Numbered from the stretch's first letter, positions 38,593-48,303 are shown. The stretch: 64,000 nt of DNA from Fimbriimonadia bacterium (GCA_041483895.1 JBGPGO010000006.1:32001-96000); one strand, 5' to 3'. The notes: generated from the sequence alone by a model not told the origin. Numbers and translations: made by a program.

Positions 38593-40035
38593 GTGCCGTA
38601 CGATGATTTTCAGCAATACCTGGCCCGGCTCGACAAGGAAGGCGAGCTGCGCCGAATCTCCTATCCGCTCGACCCCTACCTAGAAATCACCGAGGTCGCG
38701 GATCGTCTGGTCAAGTCCGGAGGTCCCGCCATCGTTGTGGAAAAGCCGAAGGGTTTCGACATCCCGGTAGCCATCAATACGATGGCCACGCGCAAACGGA
38801 TGTCGCTGGCGCTTGGCGTGGACGACTATGAGGTGTTTGCCGAAGAGATTCGGGAGCTACTGAAGCCGGAGTTGCCGGAAGGGATTCTCGATAAGCTGAA
38901 GGCGCTGCCGAAATTCGCCCACGCGTTTCATCCGCCCAAGACAGTTGGCCGCGGGATCTGCCAGGAGGTCGTGATGGAAGGCGGCCAGGTGGACCTCGGA
39001 AAGTTCCCCATCATGACGTGCTGGCCGCAAGACGGCGGGCCGTACATCACGCTGCCATTGGTATTCACCCACGACCTAACGACCGGAAAGCGCAACGTGG
39101 GCATGTACCGCCTGCAGGTGTTCGATCGGAACACACTGGGAATGCATTGGCAGATTCATAAAGTCGGAGCGGAGCATCATCGTCGCGCGGAAGAGGGGGG
39201 GAGGCCGATCGAGGTTGCCGTCGCGCTTGGCGGGGATCCGGCCTGCATTTTTTCCGCCATCGCCCCTCTGCCGCCTTCGATTGACGAGATGCTGTTTGCG
39301 GGGTTCTTGCGCAAGAAATCGGTGGAGATGGTGAAATGCAAGACGATCGATGTGCAGGTCCCGGCGGGATCGGAGATCGTTCTGGAGGGTGTGGTGAACC
39401 CAAATGAGCGCCGAACGGAAGGGCCGTTTGGCGACCACACGGGATATTACAGCCTGGAAGATGATTATCCGGTGCTGCACGTAAAGTGCATCACGCATCG
39501 GCAGAATCCGGTGTATCCCTCGACCATTGTCGGCATCCCGCCGATGGAGGACGGGGCGATGGGGACGGCGGTCGAGCGTATATTCCTGCCGCTGGTGCAG
39601 CTGACGCTGCCGGAGATCGTCGATATGCATTTGCCGGTCATGGGCTGCTTCCACAATTTCGCCTTTGTCTCGATTCGCAAACGATATCCGGGGCATGCGT
39701 TCAAGGTGATGCATGGACTCTGGGGATTGGGGCAGCTGATGTTCAGCAAGTTCATTTTCGTTTTTGAACACGATGTGAACGTGCATGATTTGAACGAGGT
39801 GATCTGGCGCATCGGGGCGAACTGCGATCCGGGCCGGGATGTTACGATTGTCAAAGGGCCTGTGGACGTGCTGGACAACACGGCGCAGATCATGGGCCTC
39901 GGGGGCAAGATCGGCTTCGACTGCACGCACAAGTGGGCGACGGAGGGTTTCACGCGCCGCTGGCCGGATGTGATCCGGATGGACGACGCGGTTACGAAGC
40001 GAATCGACGATGTCTGGTCGAGTCTTGGAATCTGA
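38593..40035 (+). CDS. UbiD-family (menaquinone biosynthesis-type) decarboxylase
   Basis: DGGPYITLP, RNVGMYR, EGPFGDHTGYY, GIPPMED, LWGLGQLMFSK. Confidence 0.92.
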   Translation: MPYDDFQQYLARLDKEGELRRISYPLDPYLEITEVADRLVKSGGPAIVVEKPKGFDIPVAINTMATRKRMSLALGVDDYEVFAEEIRELLKPELPEGILDKLKALPKFAHAFHPPKTVGRGICQEVVMEGGQVDLGKFPIMTCWPQDGGPYITLPLVFTHDLTTGKRNVGMYRLQVFDRNTLGMHWQIHKVGAEHHRRAEEGGRPIEVAVALGGDPACIFSAIAPLPPSIDEMLFAGFLRKKSVEMVKCKTIDVQVPAGSEIVLEGVVNPNERRTEGPFGDHTGYYSLEDDYPVLHVKCITHRQNPVYPSTIVGIPPMEDGAMGTAVERIFLPLVQLTLPEIVDMHLPVMGCFHNFAFVSIRKRYPGHAFKVMHGLWGLGQLMFSKFIFVFEHDVNVHDLNEVIWRIGANCDPGRDVTIVKGPVDVLDNTAQIMGLGGKIGFDCTHKWATEGFTRRWPDVIRMDDAVTKRIDDVWSSLGI

Positions 40036-40039
40036 GTCG

Positions 40040-40448
40040 GTCATTCCGAGCAAGAGTCCGGACTTGTCATTCCGAGCCTGTCGAGGAATCTCTTTCAGAA
40101 GCCTCCAACTACTGACAACCTCCTGAAAGAGATTCCTCGACAGGCTCGGAATGACATTTTCATGCAAGACTTTCATTCAAACTTTTCATTGACGATCGCA
40201 TCGTCAAGGGTCGGGGAATTTGACGATGCGATCGTCAATGAAAGAGTGATGAGAAATCAGAAATTCCGGCCCCCTTCACAGTGCGACTGTGAAGGGATAA
40301 GGTGCCGGCCAGGAGGAAAGGCCGATGTGTTGGGGTTCTCGCCTTGCAATTCCCTTCCGATCGCTGACCCCAAAGACCCCAACACTGCAGGCCCATTGAC
40401 GATGCGATAGCCCCCACCCCAGCCCTCCCCCGCAAGCGGGGGAGGGGG
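40040..40448. repeat. Mosaic of REP-like palindromes between convergent genes
   Basis: TGTCATTCCGAGCCTGTCGAGGAATCTC inverted pair 40065-40156; palindrome about 40184-40242; 61-bp unit 40324-40385; C-rich hairpin 40411-40448. Confidence 0.85.
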
Positions 40449-40449
40449 T

Positions 40450-41424
40450 TCAAGACAGAAGCAGCGCCGCTTCTTTTTCCGGCTTTAGGCCGGTTTTGAG
40501 GTCACGATCGAGTGACGGCCACCAGGCGAGGAGGTCGCGAGTGGTCTCCTCGATCGGCCGGCAAGTCAGGCCGGCGGCAACCGCCTTTGACGCATCCGCC
40601 GCCGCCATGCCGGCATACGACCCGTCGTAGGACGTGATGAGCGGGAAGTCCGAAAACGGCTCCAGCCCTTCGCGCTCCAGCACGGACGGAGCCGTCCACA
40701 CGATCTCCGCATCCGATCCCGCCGCGGATCGCATCCGCGACAATGCGTCCTCAAATCGAAGCCGCTCCGCCGGGCCGACGCCATTGAAAAGCCCAGAAGC
40801 ATTTCGTTCCGTTAGCCCAACGGTGAACGCGGCGAGATCGAGCCCATCGATAAACTGCACGGGATGGTCCTTCAGGTCCGGCGCCACCACGCGACCCCCG
40901 CGCCGCAATCGCACCGGCCAATAGGTAAACCGGTCCGATGGATCGCCTGGCCCGACCACTAAACCGGGCCTCACGACGAGTCCCCTATCTCCGAACGCAT
41001 CGAGAACAATATCTTCGCAGATGGCCTTCAATGCGCCATAGGTCTCCGCGTCAATCTCTTCCACAGTGGGATCGGCGATGGTCGCTACCGGATCGCCTTC
41101 GCGCAGCCCTTCCTTTGCGAAATCGCCGTACACGGAAATGGACGAAATGAAGCAGTACCGATCGGAGCAACGCTTGGCGGCCTCAATCGACAGTTTGACA
41201 ATTCGTGGGACGTATCCACAAACATCAATGACGCCGTCCCAATGCCGGCCGTTCAAGAGACCCAAGTCCTTCTCCCGATCGCCCACCATGGTTTCCAGAT
41301 TTGGGAAGAGGTCCGGGTTCGTTTGGCCACGGTTGAAGAGAGTGACGTTGTGCCCGGAGGCAACCGCCGACTCAACGATATGCCTGCCGACGAAGCGGGT
41401 GCCACCGAGTACGAGGAGATTCAT
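40450..41424 (-). CDS. NAD-dependent epimerase/dehydratase (isoflavone reductase-like)
   Basis: GGTRFVG, FNRG, ISSISVY, YGALK, RPGLVVGP. Confidence 0.9.
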   Translation of the reverse strand: MNLLVLGGTRFVGRHIVESAVASGHNVTLFNRGQTNPDLFPNLETMVGDREKDLGLLNGRHWDGVIDVCGYVPRIVKLSIEAAKRCSDRYCFISSISVYGDFAKEGLREGDPVATIADPTVEEIDAETYGALKAICEDIVLDAFGDRGLVVRPGLVVGPGDPSDRFTYWPVRLRRGGRVVAPDLKDHPVQFIDGLDLAAFTVGLTERNASGLFNGVGPAERLRFEDALSRMRSAAGSDAEIVWTAPSVLEREGLEPFSDFPLITSYDGSYAGMAAADASKAVAAGLTCRPIEETTRDLLAWWPSLDRDLKTGLKPEKEAALLLS

Positions 41425-41470
41425 GCCCCATCTTAGCCCGGTGGGCAGATGGCGCGGCGAAAGTCAGACC

Positions 41471-42790
41471 TTAGTCCTTGCCGCCAGGCTTCACGATCGG
41501 CAGTCGCACGCGGAAAATCGCGCCGCGAGGAACATTGTCGACGACATCGATCTCACCATCGCGACCCGTAACGATTCGACGGGATATGGCGAGTCCAATC
41601 CCAAATCCGCCGACCTCGCGCGAACGTCCGTCATCCGCCCGATAGAACCGCTCAAATATCCGCTCTTTTTGATTGTCGGGAACGCCCCTGCCCTGATCCG
41701 ACACGGTCATCGTGCAGAACCCGTCATCCGCCCTGAGCTCCAGACCGCACACCGAATCCCGCGGGCAATGCCTTAAGGCATTCGCGAGCAGGTTGGTCAA
41801 AACGCTTTCTATCTCAGGCCGGTAGACAGCCACAGGACACGGCTCGATCGCTGTGTTAAGCACCACGTTGTTCGCCCCAAATCGCGGTTCCCACCGCTCC
41901 GCAACATCGAGCACGACGCTGGAAATGTCGATCGTTTCCGGTTGGGTGACGTTGGTTTTGGCGCTCATTAAGAGCATCTCAACAAGCTCGGACATTCTCC
42001 GCGCCTCTTCAAGACCGATTGCCAACACGCGCCTGTACTCTTCGTTGTCTCGATCCTTGAGCAGCGTGGTCTCCACTTGGCCCCGCAGAATGGTCAGCGG
42101 TGTTCGAAGTTCATGAGCGGCATCCGCGATGAACTGCTCCTGGCCCCGCACGCTTGCCTCCAGGCGCTCCAAAAAGGCATTCAGACCGGTGGCGAGCCTA
42201 CCAAACTCCTGATCCTTAGGGACGGGCAATCGCTTTGCAAGGTTGGTGCCTGAAAGGTATTCGGCCTCCTTGGTCATGTCCAGAAGCGGCCGGAAGGTCC
42301 GTCCAACCGCAGTCCAAGCGAGCCACATCACCATTCCCGTCAGAGGGAGCCAAAGCCCCGACAATAGCCATGCGAGACGATGATAGCTGTTGACCCATGG
42401 TTCCCAGTTGATGCCGACGACTACGTTCTGATCATCTAATTTGCCGGCTACGTACCGGATCAGATCGGTCCGAGTGTTCATGACCCCCTCGCCGGAGATG
42501 TTGGGAAGGCGCAAGACGCCGATAGAATCGGCAAGCGCCCCAGTCTTATCAAATATCGCGACCGAAACTCCGCGGTGGACCCTGACCTCGTTCCGTAAAT
42601 CCAGGTTCTCTTCCTGCCTGTTGGAATTGGCTTGCAGCGAATCGAGGACCTGGTTGAGCGCATCGTCGGCGGCCTGAGCTTCCAATTGTCCAAAGACAAT
42701 AAGACACAAGACGAACAGCAAGGCGAGAAGAACGCCAAAAAGCCCGCCCGCAAAAACAGTCAGCCGTCGGTGATGACTACGAAGCCACAT
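41471..42790 (-). CDS. Sensor histidine kinase (2 TM, HAMP, HisKA, HATPase)
   Basis: AAHELRTPL, NLLANA, DQGRG, GFGIGLAI. Confidence 0.93.
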   Translation of the reverse strand: MWLRSHHRRLTVFAGGLFGVLLALLFVLCLIVFGQLEAQAADDALNQVLDSLQANSNRQEENLDLRNEVRVHRGVSVAIFDKTGALADSIGVLRLPNISGEGVMNTRTDLIRYVAGKLDDQNVVVGINWEPWVNSYHRLAWLLSGLWLPLTGMVMWLAWTAVGRTFRPLLDMTKEAEYLSGTNLAKRLPVPKDQEFGRLATGLNAFLERLEASVRGQEQFIADAAHELRTPLTILRGQVETTLLKDRDNEEYRRVLAIGLEEARRMSELVEMLLMSAKTNVTQPETIDISSVVLDVAERWEPRFGANNVVLNTAIEPCPVAVYRPEIESVLTNLLANALRHCPRDSVCGLELRADDGFCTMTVSDQGRGVPDNQKERIFERFYRADDGRSREVGGFGIGLAISRRIVTGRDGEIDVVDNVPRGAIFRVRLPIVKPGGKD

Positions 42791-43472
42791 CCTCGCGAAG
42801 CTCCATTACATATCCTACTCCCCGGACCGTGTGAATGAGCTTTGACCGGTCGGTTTGTTCGATCTTACTTCGCAAATAGTTGATGTAGACCTCTACGACA
42901 TTGGAATCCCGTACAAATTGATCATCCCAGACCCTCTCCAGGATAAGGGTCTTTGTCATCACACGGCCTTTGTTTCGGAGCAGATACTCGAGGAGAGCGA
43001 ATTCGCGGGCGGAAAGATCGATTTTCCGCTCACCGCGGCGCACGCGCCGGGTGGCAGGATCCACTTCCAGATCGTCGACCGAGAGTTTGGCCGGTTCGGA
43101 ACTTCCACGGCGCTGAAGAGCGCGCAGGCGGGCCAAGAGCTCCGCCAATTCAAATGGCTTGCCAAGGTAGTCGTCCGCTCCGGCATCGAGACCTTGAATT
43201 CGGTCCTCCACACCTGTGCGCGCGGTCAGCATCAGGACCGGCGTGCGATTTCCACGGGAGCGAATATGGCTGAGGACCTGAAATCCGTCGGTATCGGGCA
43301 GCATAACGTCCAGGACGACGGCGCTGTAATCATCGGTGAGGGCGAATTGGATCGCATCCTGCCCATTTCCCGCTGAGGTAACGACATAGCCCGACTCCCG
43401 GAGCGCCTGCCCCAGGAACTCTGCGAGCCTCGGTTCATCCTCAACGACTAGGACCTTCAAGCTATCCATCAA
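42777..43472 (-). CDS. OmpR-family response regulator
   Basis: VVEDE, LDVMLP, GADDYLGKPF, SNVVEVYINYLRSK, HTVRGVGY. Confidence 0.95.
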   Translation of the reverse strand: MMDSLKVLVVEDEPRLAEFLGQALRESGYVVTSAGNGQDAIQFALTDDYSAVVLDVMLPDTDGFQVLSHIRSRGNRTPVLMLTARTGVEDRIQGLDAGADDYLGKPFELAELLARLRALQRRGSSEPAKLSVDDLEVDPATRRVRRGERKIDLSAREFALLEYLLRNKGRVMTKTLILERVWDDQFVRDSNVVEVYINYLRSKIEQTDRSKLIHTVRGVGYVMELREDVAS

Positions 43473-43490
43473 TCTACCTCACAAATGCCA

Positions 43491-43524
43491 CCGCAGCCTC
43501 ACCTTGGCCTACATGAGGCTGCGG
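43491..43524. terminator. Strong hairpin between the small basic protein and the response regulator
   Basis: CCGCAGCCTCA...TGAGGCTGCGG 11-bp stem; no clear U-tract. Confidence 0.5.
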
Positions 43525-43557
43525 AACGGACAAACGCGTAATCTTACTGGAAGCTAG

Positions 43558-43869
43558 TTACTTCCCTGGAGCTTTGGCAGTTGAAGCCTTCGCCTTGCTC
43601 TTTGCCGCATGCTTTACCGCATGCTTCGCAACCGTCTTCGCATGGTGCTTGGCATGGTGCTTGGCGGCATGCTTCACGATGGCCTTGACCTTTGCCTTGG
43701 CATGCGTGGCGATTGTCGCATGGGCAGCGGCTTTGTGGGCCGCCGGTTTGCTAACCGCCGGCTTGCTCTTGGCGCTCTTACCGGGGGCCGCCTGGGCCGA
43801 CACTAACCCAGCGGACAGAATGAGCACGAGACAAACCAGCATCGTCTTCATGCTGATCAACAGTTTCAT
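43558..43869 (-). CDS. Small secreted Lys/Ala/His-rich protein (Asr-like composition)
   Basis: GGAGGA RBS, signal peptide, KHAAKHHAKHHAK repeats. Confidence 0.8.
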   Translation of the reverse strand: MKLLISMKTMLVCLVLILSAGLVSAQAAPGKSAKSKPAVSKPAAHKAAAHATIATHAKAKVKAIVKHAAKHHAKHHAKTVAKHAVKHAAKSKAKASTAKAPGK

Positions 43870-44009
43870 TGTATTGTCTTCCTCCATAATTGACTTGCTC
43901 TGTCGAGCCTCTCTCATTATTCAACACCCTGAAAGTTATGCGCGCCTTGGAAAAAGATTAGATTACTCTAATATTTCATGGCATAATGGAGTTGTTGTCT
44001 CAAATGACT

Positions 44010-44039
44010 GCGGCCCCACCCTGCCCAAGGTGGGGCCGC
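44010..44039. terminator. GC-rich hairpin
   Basis: GCGGCCCCACC-N8-GGTGGGGCCGC. Confidence 0.5.
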
Positions 44040-44305
44040 TAACCACGCCCGGACGACCTTGGACAATGAGCACAGGCACGCATTCGCCACACTCGTCCTA
44101 GGCCGGCTGGTAAACCGGGGCATGGCGGTTATGCGATTTAGCCGTTGTCCTATCCACCGCCCAGCCTTTTCCTTCCTGGTTTTCTCGCAACAAAATCCTA
44201 CTCGCTCCCCTTTATGAAACCACCCGCACGTTATAGGCGGCTTAATGAAAACTTAGAATTCTCTAAGGTTGGCCGATAAATCGAGACCGGGTATCCTAGA
44301 AGGGT

Positions 44306-45535
44306 ATGGCAACCGTTCTCCCGTTTCGCGCCCTTCGCCCCCCAAATGAGCTTGTTGAGAAGGTTTCCTGCCCGCCATACGACGTTCCCAGCGAAAAGGA
44401 GGCGAGGGAGCTTGCTGCCGACAACCCGTCCTCTCTCTTACGCGTAAAGCGGCCAGAGATTGAATTCGGCGTTGGAACCGACCCCCACGCGGAAGCCGTC
44501 TACGAACGGGCCGCGACGAACTTTGCCAAATTTCGCCGGGAGGGATGGCTGGTTCAGGACGCGACGCCGGCCTACTTCGTCTACCGCCTCCAAATGGGGA
44601 AACACGCGCAGACCGGCATCGTAGGGGTCTGCGCCGTCGATGAATATGACAATGGCACGATAAAGAAGCATGAGAAGACGCGGCAGGACAAAGAGGATGA
44701 TCGCACCCGCCATATCATTGTGACGAAGAGTCAGTACGGTCCGGTTTTGATGACCTATCGCAACAGCCCGTCATTGACAAAAGTGATGAACGATGTGATG
44801 AAGGGCGATCCGGAATATGAGCTGACGGATGAACACAAGGTGGTTCATACCGTGTGGCGGGTTGACGCGGAAGACGAGCGGGCCGCGAAGATTCAAAAGG
44901 AGTTCGAACGGGTTCCGAATCTCTACATTGGGGACGGCCACCATCGGGCCAAGAGCGCGTCGCGGGCGCGTGCCGAACTCAGTCAGTACAGCCACCACTC
45001 GACCGGAAAGGCGGGCTATGACACGTTCCTTTCGGTTCTATTCCCCGCCTCGCAGCTTCAGATTCTGCCCTACAATCGTGTCGTGCTGACTTTGCATGGG
45101 CGGCATGCGGAGGATGTTCTTAAGGATATCCGGGCCCGATTTACGGTCGAAACGCTGGACGAGCCGATCGCGCCGCCAAAGGGGAGCTTTACCGTCTACT
45201 TGGGGGGACGGTGGTACGGCATACGGCCGAAACAGCCGCCGCCGGACGATCCCATCGAAGCGCTGGACGTGAGCATCTGCCATCGGGAACTGCTCGGCCC
45301 GGTATTTGGGATTAAGGACGTTCGGACGGATCCGAATCTGGATTTTGTGGGAGGGATTCGGACGCCGGCGGAGTTGAAAGAGAGGGCGGACGCGCGTGGG
45401 GGAGCTGCCATTTTGCTACACCCGACGTCGGTGGAGGACGTGTTGCGGGTATCAGATGCCGGGGGAATTATGCCTCCCAAGTCCACCTGGTTCGAGCCGA
45501 AGCTTCGTTCGGGGCTGTTTATCAATGTGTTTTAA
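44306..45535 (+). CDS. DUF1015 family protein
   Basis: PFRALRP, PPYDV, IKKHEKT, YIGDGHHR, MPPKSTWFEPKLRSGL. Confidence 0.92.
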   Translation: MATVLPFRALRPPNELVEKVSCPPYDVPSEKEARELAADNPSSLLRVKRPEIEFGVGTDPHAEAVYERAATNFAKFRREGWLVQDATPAYFVYRLQMGKHAQTGIVGVCAVDEYDNGTIKKHEKTRQDKEDDRTRHIIVTKSQYGPVLMTYRNSPSLTKVMNDVMKGDPEYELTDEHKVVHTVWRVDAEDERAAKIQKEFERVPNLYIGDGHHRAKSASRARAELSQYSHHSTGKAGYDTFLSVLFPASQLQILPYNRVVLTLHGRHAEDVLKDIRARFTVETLDEPIAPPKGSFTVYLGGRWYGIRPKQPPPDDPIEALDVSICHRELLGPVFGIKDVRTDPNLDFVGGIRTPAELKERADARGGAAILLHPTSVEDVLRVSDAGGIMPPKSTWFEPKLRSGLFINVF

Positions 45536-45539
45536 GTTA

Positions 45540-45700
45540 TGTCATTCCGATGCGGAGCGAGGAATCCCTTTCTAAAGCCTTCAATAATTGACAGCGTTCT
45601 GAAAGGGATTCCTCGCTCCGCATCGGAATGACAACGTTACCAGTAGTAGACGCGGGCCGTCTTGTCGACTGCTTTCTGTCGCGGATATCCAAGGCCCGCG
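45540..45700. repeat. CGTC-type inverted REP pair followed by a GTAG REP
   Basis: TGTCATTCCGATGCGGAGCGAGGAATCCCTTTC and its reverse complement at 45540-45633; GTAGACGCGGGCC hairpin at 45646-45700. Confidence 0.85.
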
Positions 45701-45724
45701 GCGAGTTCGATGGAGGGGTCAATC

Positions 45725-46927
45725 ATGAAAGTTCTTGTTGCCGATAAATTTGAACAATCCGGACTCGACGGTCTGCAGCAGGCGGGATTCGAGGTTATGT
45801 GCGATCCGGCGCTGAAAGACGACGCCTTGGTCGCGGCGATCCAGGAGCAAAAGCCCGACGTGCTGGTCGTTCGTTCCACGGAGGTCACGGCCCCCATGCT
45901 GACCGACAGCCCCCTCTCCCTCATCGTCCGCGCGGGCGCCGGTTACAACACCATCGATGTCGAGACCGCCTCCAACAACGGCATCTTCGTCTCCAACTGC
46001 CCCGGAAAGAACTCCATCGCCGTGGCGGAGCTGACCATGGGTCTCATCCTTGCACTGGACAGGCGCATCCCGGACAACGTTTTGCAGTTCCGCGAGGGCA
46101 AGTGGCGTAAGAAGGAGTTTTCCAAGGCCGGGGGGCTATACGGCAAGACGATTGGCATCATCGGCATGGGACATATCGGGCAAGAGGTGGCGCATCGCGC
46201 GAAGGCGTTCGGGATGAAGGTGATCGGCTGGTCGCGCTGGCTGACGCCGGAGATCGCGGCCGAGATGGGGATGGGCTTTCAGCCGACCATCGCCGATATC
46301 GCCGGGGCCGTGGATATTTTGACCCTGCATTTGGCGCAGACCAAAGAGACGACTGGGCTGATTGACGACGCGGTGCTTTCCCGCCTGAAGCCTGGGGCCA
46401 TGCTGATCAACACGTCTCGGGACAGGATTGTCGATCAGGCTGCTCTCATCAGGCATATCAAAGAGCGCGGTCTGCGGGCCGGGCTGGACGTCTTTGCCGA
46501 AGAGCCTGCGGGCGGCGAGGGAGAGGTTGCCTGCGAGCTGCAAAGCCTGCCGGGGGTCTATGTGACCCACCACATCGGCGCCTCGACCGATCAGGCGCAG
46601 GAGGCGGTGGCGGCGGATACCGTACGGATCATCAAGGAGTTTGCACGCTCCGGACGCTGCCCGAACGCGGTCAATGTGAAGGGCGACCAACCCGGCAGCC
46701 ACCTTCTCGTCGTCCGACACAGGGACCGCGTGGGGGTTTTGGCGCACGTGCTAGGCCAGTTGCAGAAGGCGGATATCAACGTGCAGGAGATGGAGAACAT
46801 TATCTTGGAGGACGCAGACGGTGCCATCGCCTACCTTTGCGTGGCCAAGAAACCCACCGGCGACACGCTCGACTCGATCCGCTGGGGCAACGAGAACATC
46901 CTCAGCGTTGTCTTACGGGAATTGTAA
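45725..46927 (+). CDS. serA: D-3-phosphoglycerate dehydrogenase-like 2-hydroxyacid dehydrogenase with ACT domain
   Basis: RAGAGYNTID, GMGHIG, DVFAEEP, HIGAST..AQ, C-terminal ACT (HRDRVGVLA); ATG 45725 with GGAGG. Confidence 0.85.
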   Translation: MKVLVADKFEQSGLDGLQQAGFEVMCDPALKDDALVAAIQEQKPDVLVVRSTEVTAPMLTDSPLSLIVRAGAGYNTIDVETASNNGIFVSNCPGKNSIAVAELTMGLILALDRRIPDNVLQFREGKWRKKEFSKAGGLYGKTIGIIGMGHIGQEVAHRAKAFGMKVIGWSRWLTPEIAAEMGMGFQPTIADIAGAVDILTLHLAQTKETTGLIDDAVLSRLKPGAMLINTSRDRIVDQAALIRHIKERGLRAGLDVFAEEPAGGEGEVACELQSLPGVYVTHHIGASTDQAQEAVAADTVRIIKEFARSGRCPNAVNVKGDQPGSHLLVVRHRDRVGVLAHVLGQLQKADINVQEMENIILEDADGAIAYLCVAKKPTGDTLDSIRWGNENILSVVLREL

Positions 46928-47020
46928 CCGATCATCCTAGGACGCCAAATCATTCCTCGCGGTACAATTGTAAGGAATGCCAACTGAGAAGGCAGCCGCA
47001 AATTGAATAGGAGCAGAAAT

Positions 47021-47281
47021 TTGGATAGAAATCTAGTCAAAGACAAGCTCATCGAGGTCGCGAAAGAAATGATCGCTATGGGGCCGGGGTTTGCGCAAGA
47101 AGCGGTGGTCCTAAAAGAATCTGCCAAGCGACTTGGTGCGACCGGCGACAACGATTTGGAACAGTTGATTTTGACTTGCTGGAACGATCTGTTCTACGTT
47201 GACAGAACGCTCTCATGGGGATCGGACCTGAACAATCCGTCGCATCCATGGTTTCATTTCTCAGATAAGTCCGCGGCCTGA
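47021..47281 (+). CDS. Small hypothetical protein (86 aa)
   Basis: AGGAG then TTG 47021; TACAAT at about 46963; ...ILTCWNDLF...LSWGSDLNNPSHPWFH. Confidence 0.7.
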   Translation: MDRNLVKDKLIEVAKEMIAMGPGFAQEAVVLKESAKRLGATGDNDLEQLILTCWNDLFYVDRTLSWGSDLNNPSHPWFHFSDKSAA

Positions 47282-47286
47282 ATATC

Positions 47287-48222
47287 TTGGCAAGGCGTTT
47301 CCAACTTGAACCGCATATACCGGTCGTTTCAGACCGCAACGATAGTTATGAGTTCGTGAAGGAACTTGGTTCCGGTGGGAACGCAACGACCTACCTTGTT
47401 GTTTGCCGTTCTGGGCAGTTAGCCGGCGTCCCATTGGCCTTGAAAGGCCTTGACGAGCCTTCCGATCGGGACAATGCCACGCGATTCAAGAAAGAGTGGC
47501 AATTCCTCCGGACATGTGATCACAATTCCATTATGCGAGTGTTCGATACCGGCACGAACCAAGACGGCCATCCCTTCTACATTGCAGAGTACTTGCCGCG
47601 AACTTTCAAGAGTCTGCTTGCAGACGGCGTAAGTAAAATCCCGTTGGACGTACGATTGTCTTATACGACTCAACTGCTCGCTGCAATCCGCTTTTTGGGC
47701 AGCCAAACACCTGCCTACATCCACAGGGACATCAAACCATCGAACATATTTGTCAAGGGCCTTTCGTCCGTTCTCGGGGACTTTGGATTGATTAAGGTTG
47801 AAGACAGCGACAGTGGGACAAATGATGCGGATCGGGAGCTTTGGAGCAAGACTTTGGGTCCGGCAATGCCAAGAAGATATCGCACACCAGATCAGGTTCT
47901 CTACTTCCGAGACAAGGTGCCCATTACAGCAAAGTCTGACACTTTCCAACTTGGCCTAGTGATTTCCGAGTTGCTAACGGGAGTGAATCCAGAAAGGGCG
48001 ACCGACTTGATGGAAGCAGACGTGGAGTTGGACGATCTGCCGAGGATCGACCATCCGAGTGGCGACCAAATCCTTAATTTGCTTCAGAGTATGCTGAAAT
48101 TTGATCCTGCGAAACGCCCAGATGTAGACGCGCTGATGACTGCTTGGCTCGGCATTCTCTTCTCCGACATCGACCAGAAGCGCGATAAGAATGAGTTGGT
48201 CTTTGAGGTTAGCACTGGATAA
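47287..48222 (+). CDS. Stand-alone Hanks-type Ser/Thr protein kinase
   Basis: LGSGGNATTY, LALK, HRDIKPSN, DFG, SDTFQLG; no TM or sensor domain. Confidence 0.9.
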   Translation: MARRFQLEPHIPVVSDRNDSYEFVKELGSGGNATTYLVVCRSGQLAGVPLALKGLDEPSDRDNATRFKKEWQFLRTCDHNSIMRVFDTGTNQDGHPFYIAEYLPRTFKSLLADGVSKIPLDVRLSYTTQLLAAIRFLGSQTPAYIHRDIKPSNIFVKGLSSVLGDFGLIKVEDSDSGTNDADRELWSKTLGPAMPRRYRTPDQVLYFRDKVPITAKSDTFQLGLVISELLTGVNPERATDLMEADVELDDLPRIDHPSGDQILNLLQSMLKFDPAKRPDVDALMTAWLGILFSDIDQKRDKNELVFEVSTG

Positions 48223-48303
48223 CATGCAGATATTCGTCGCCTCGCAGTATAGGTTGATCGCACGGGCCGCCCCTCGATTGAAGTCCTGTTGCTATAATAA
48301 GGC

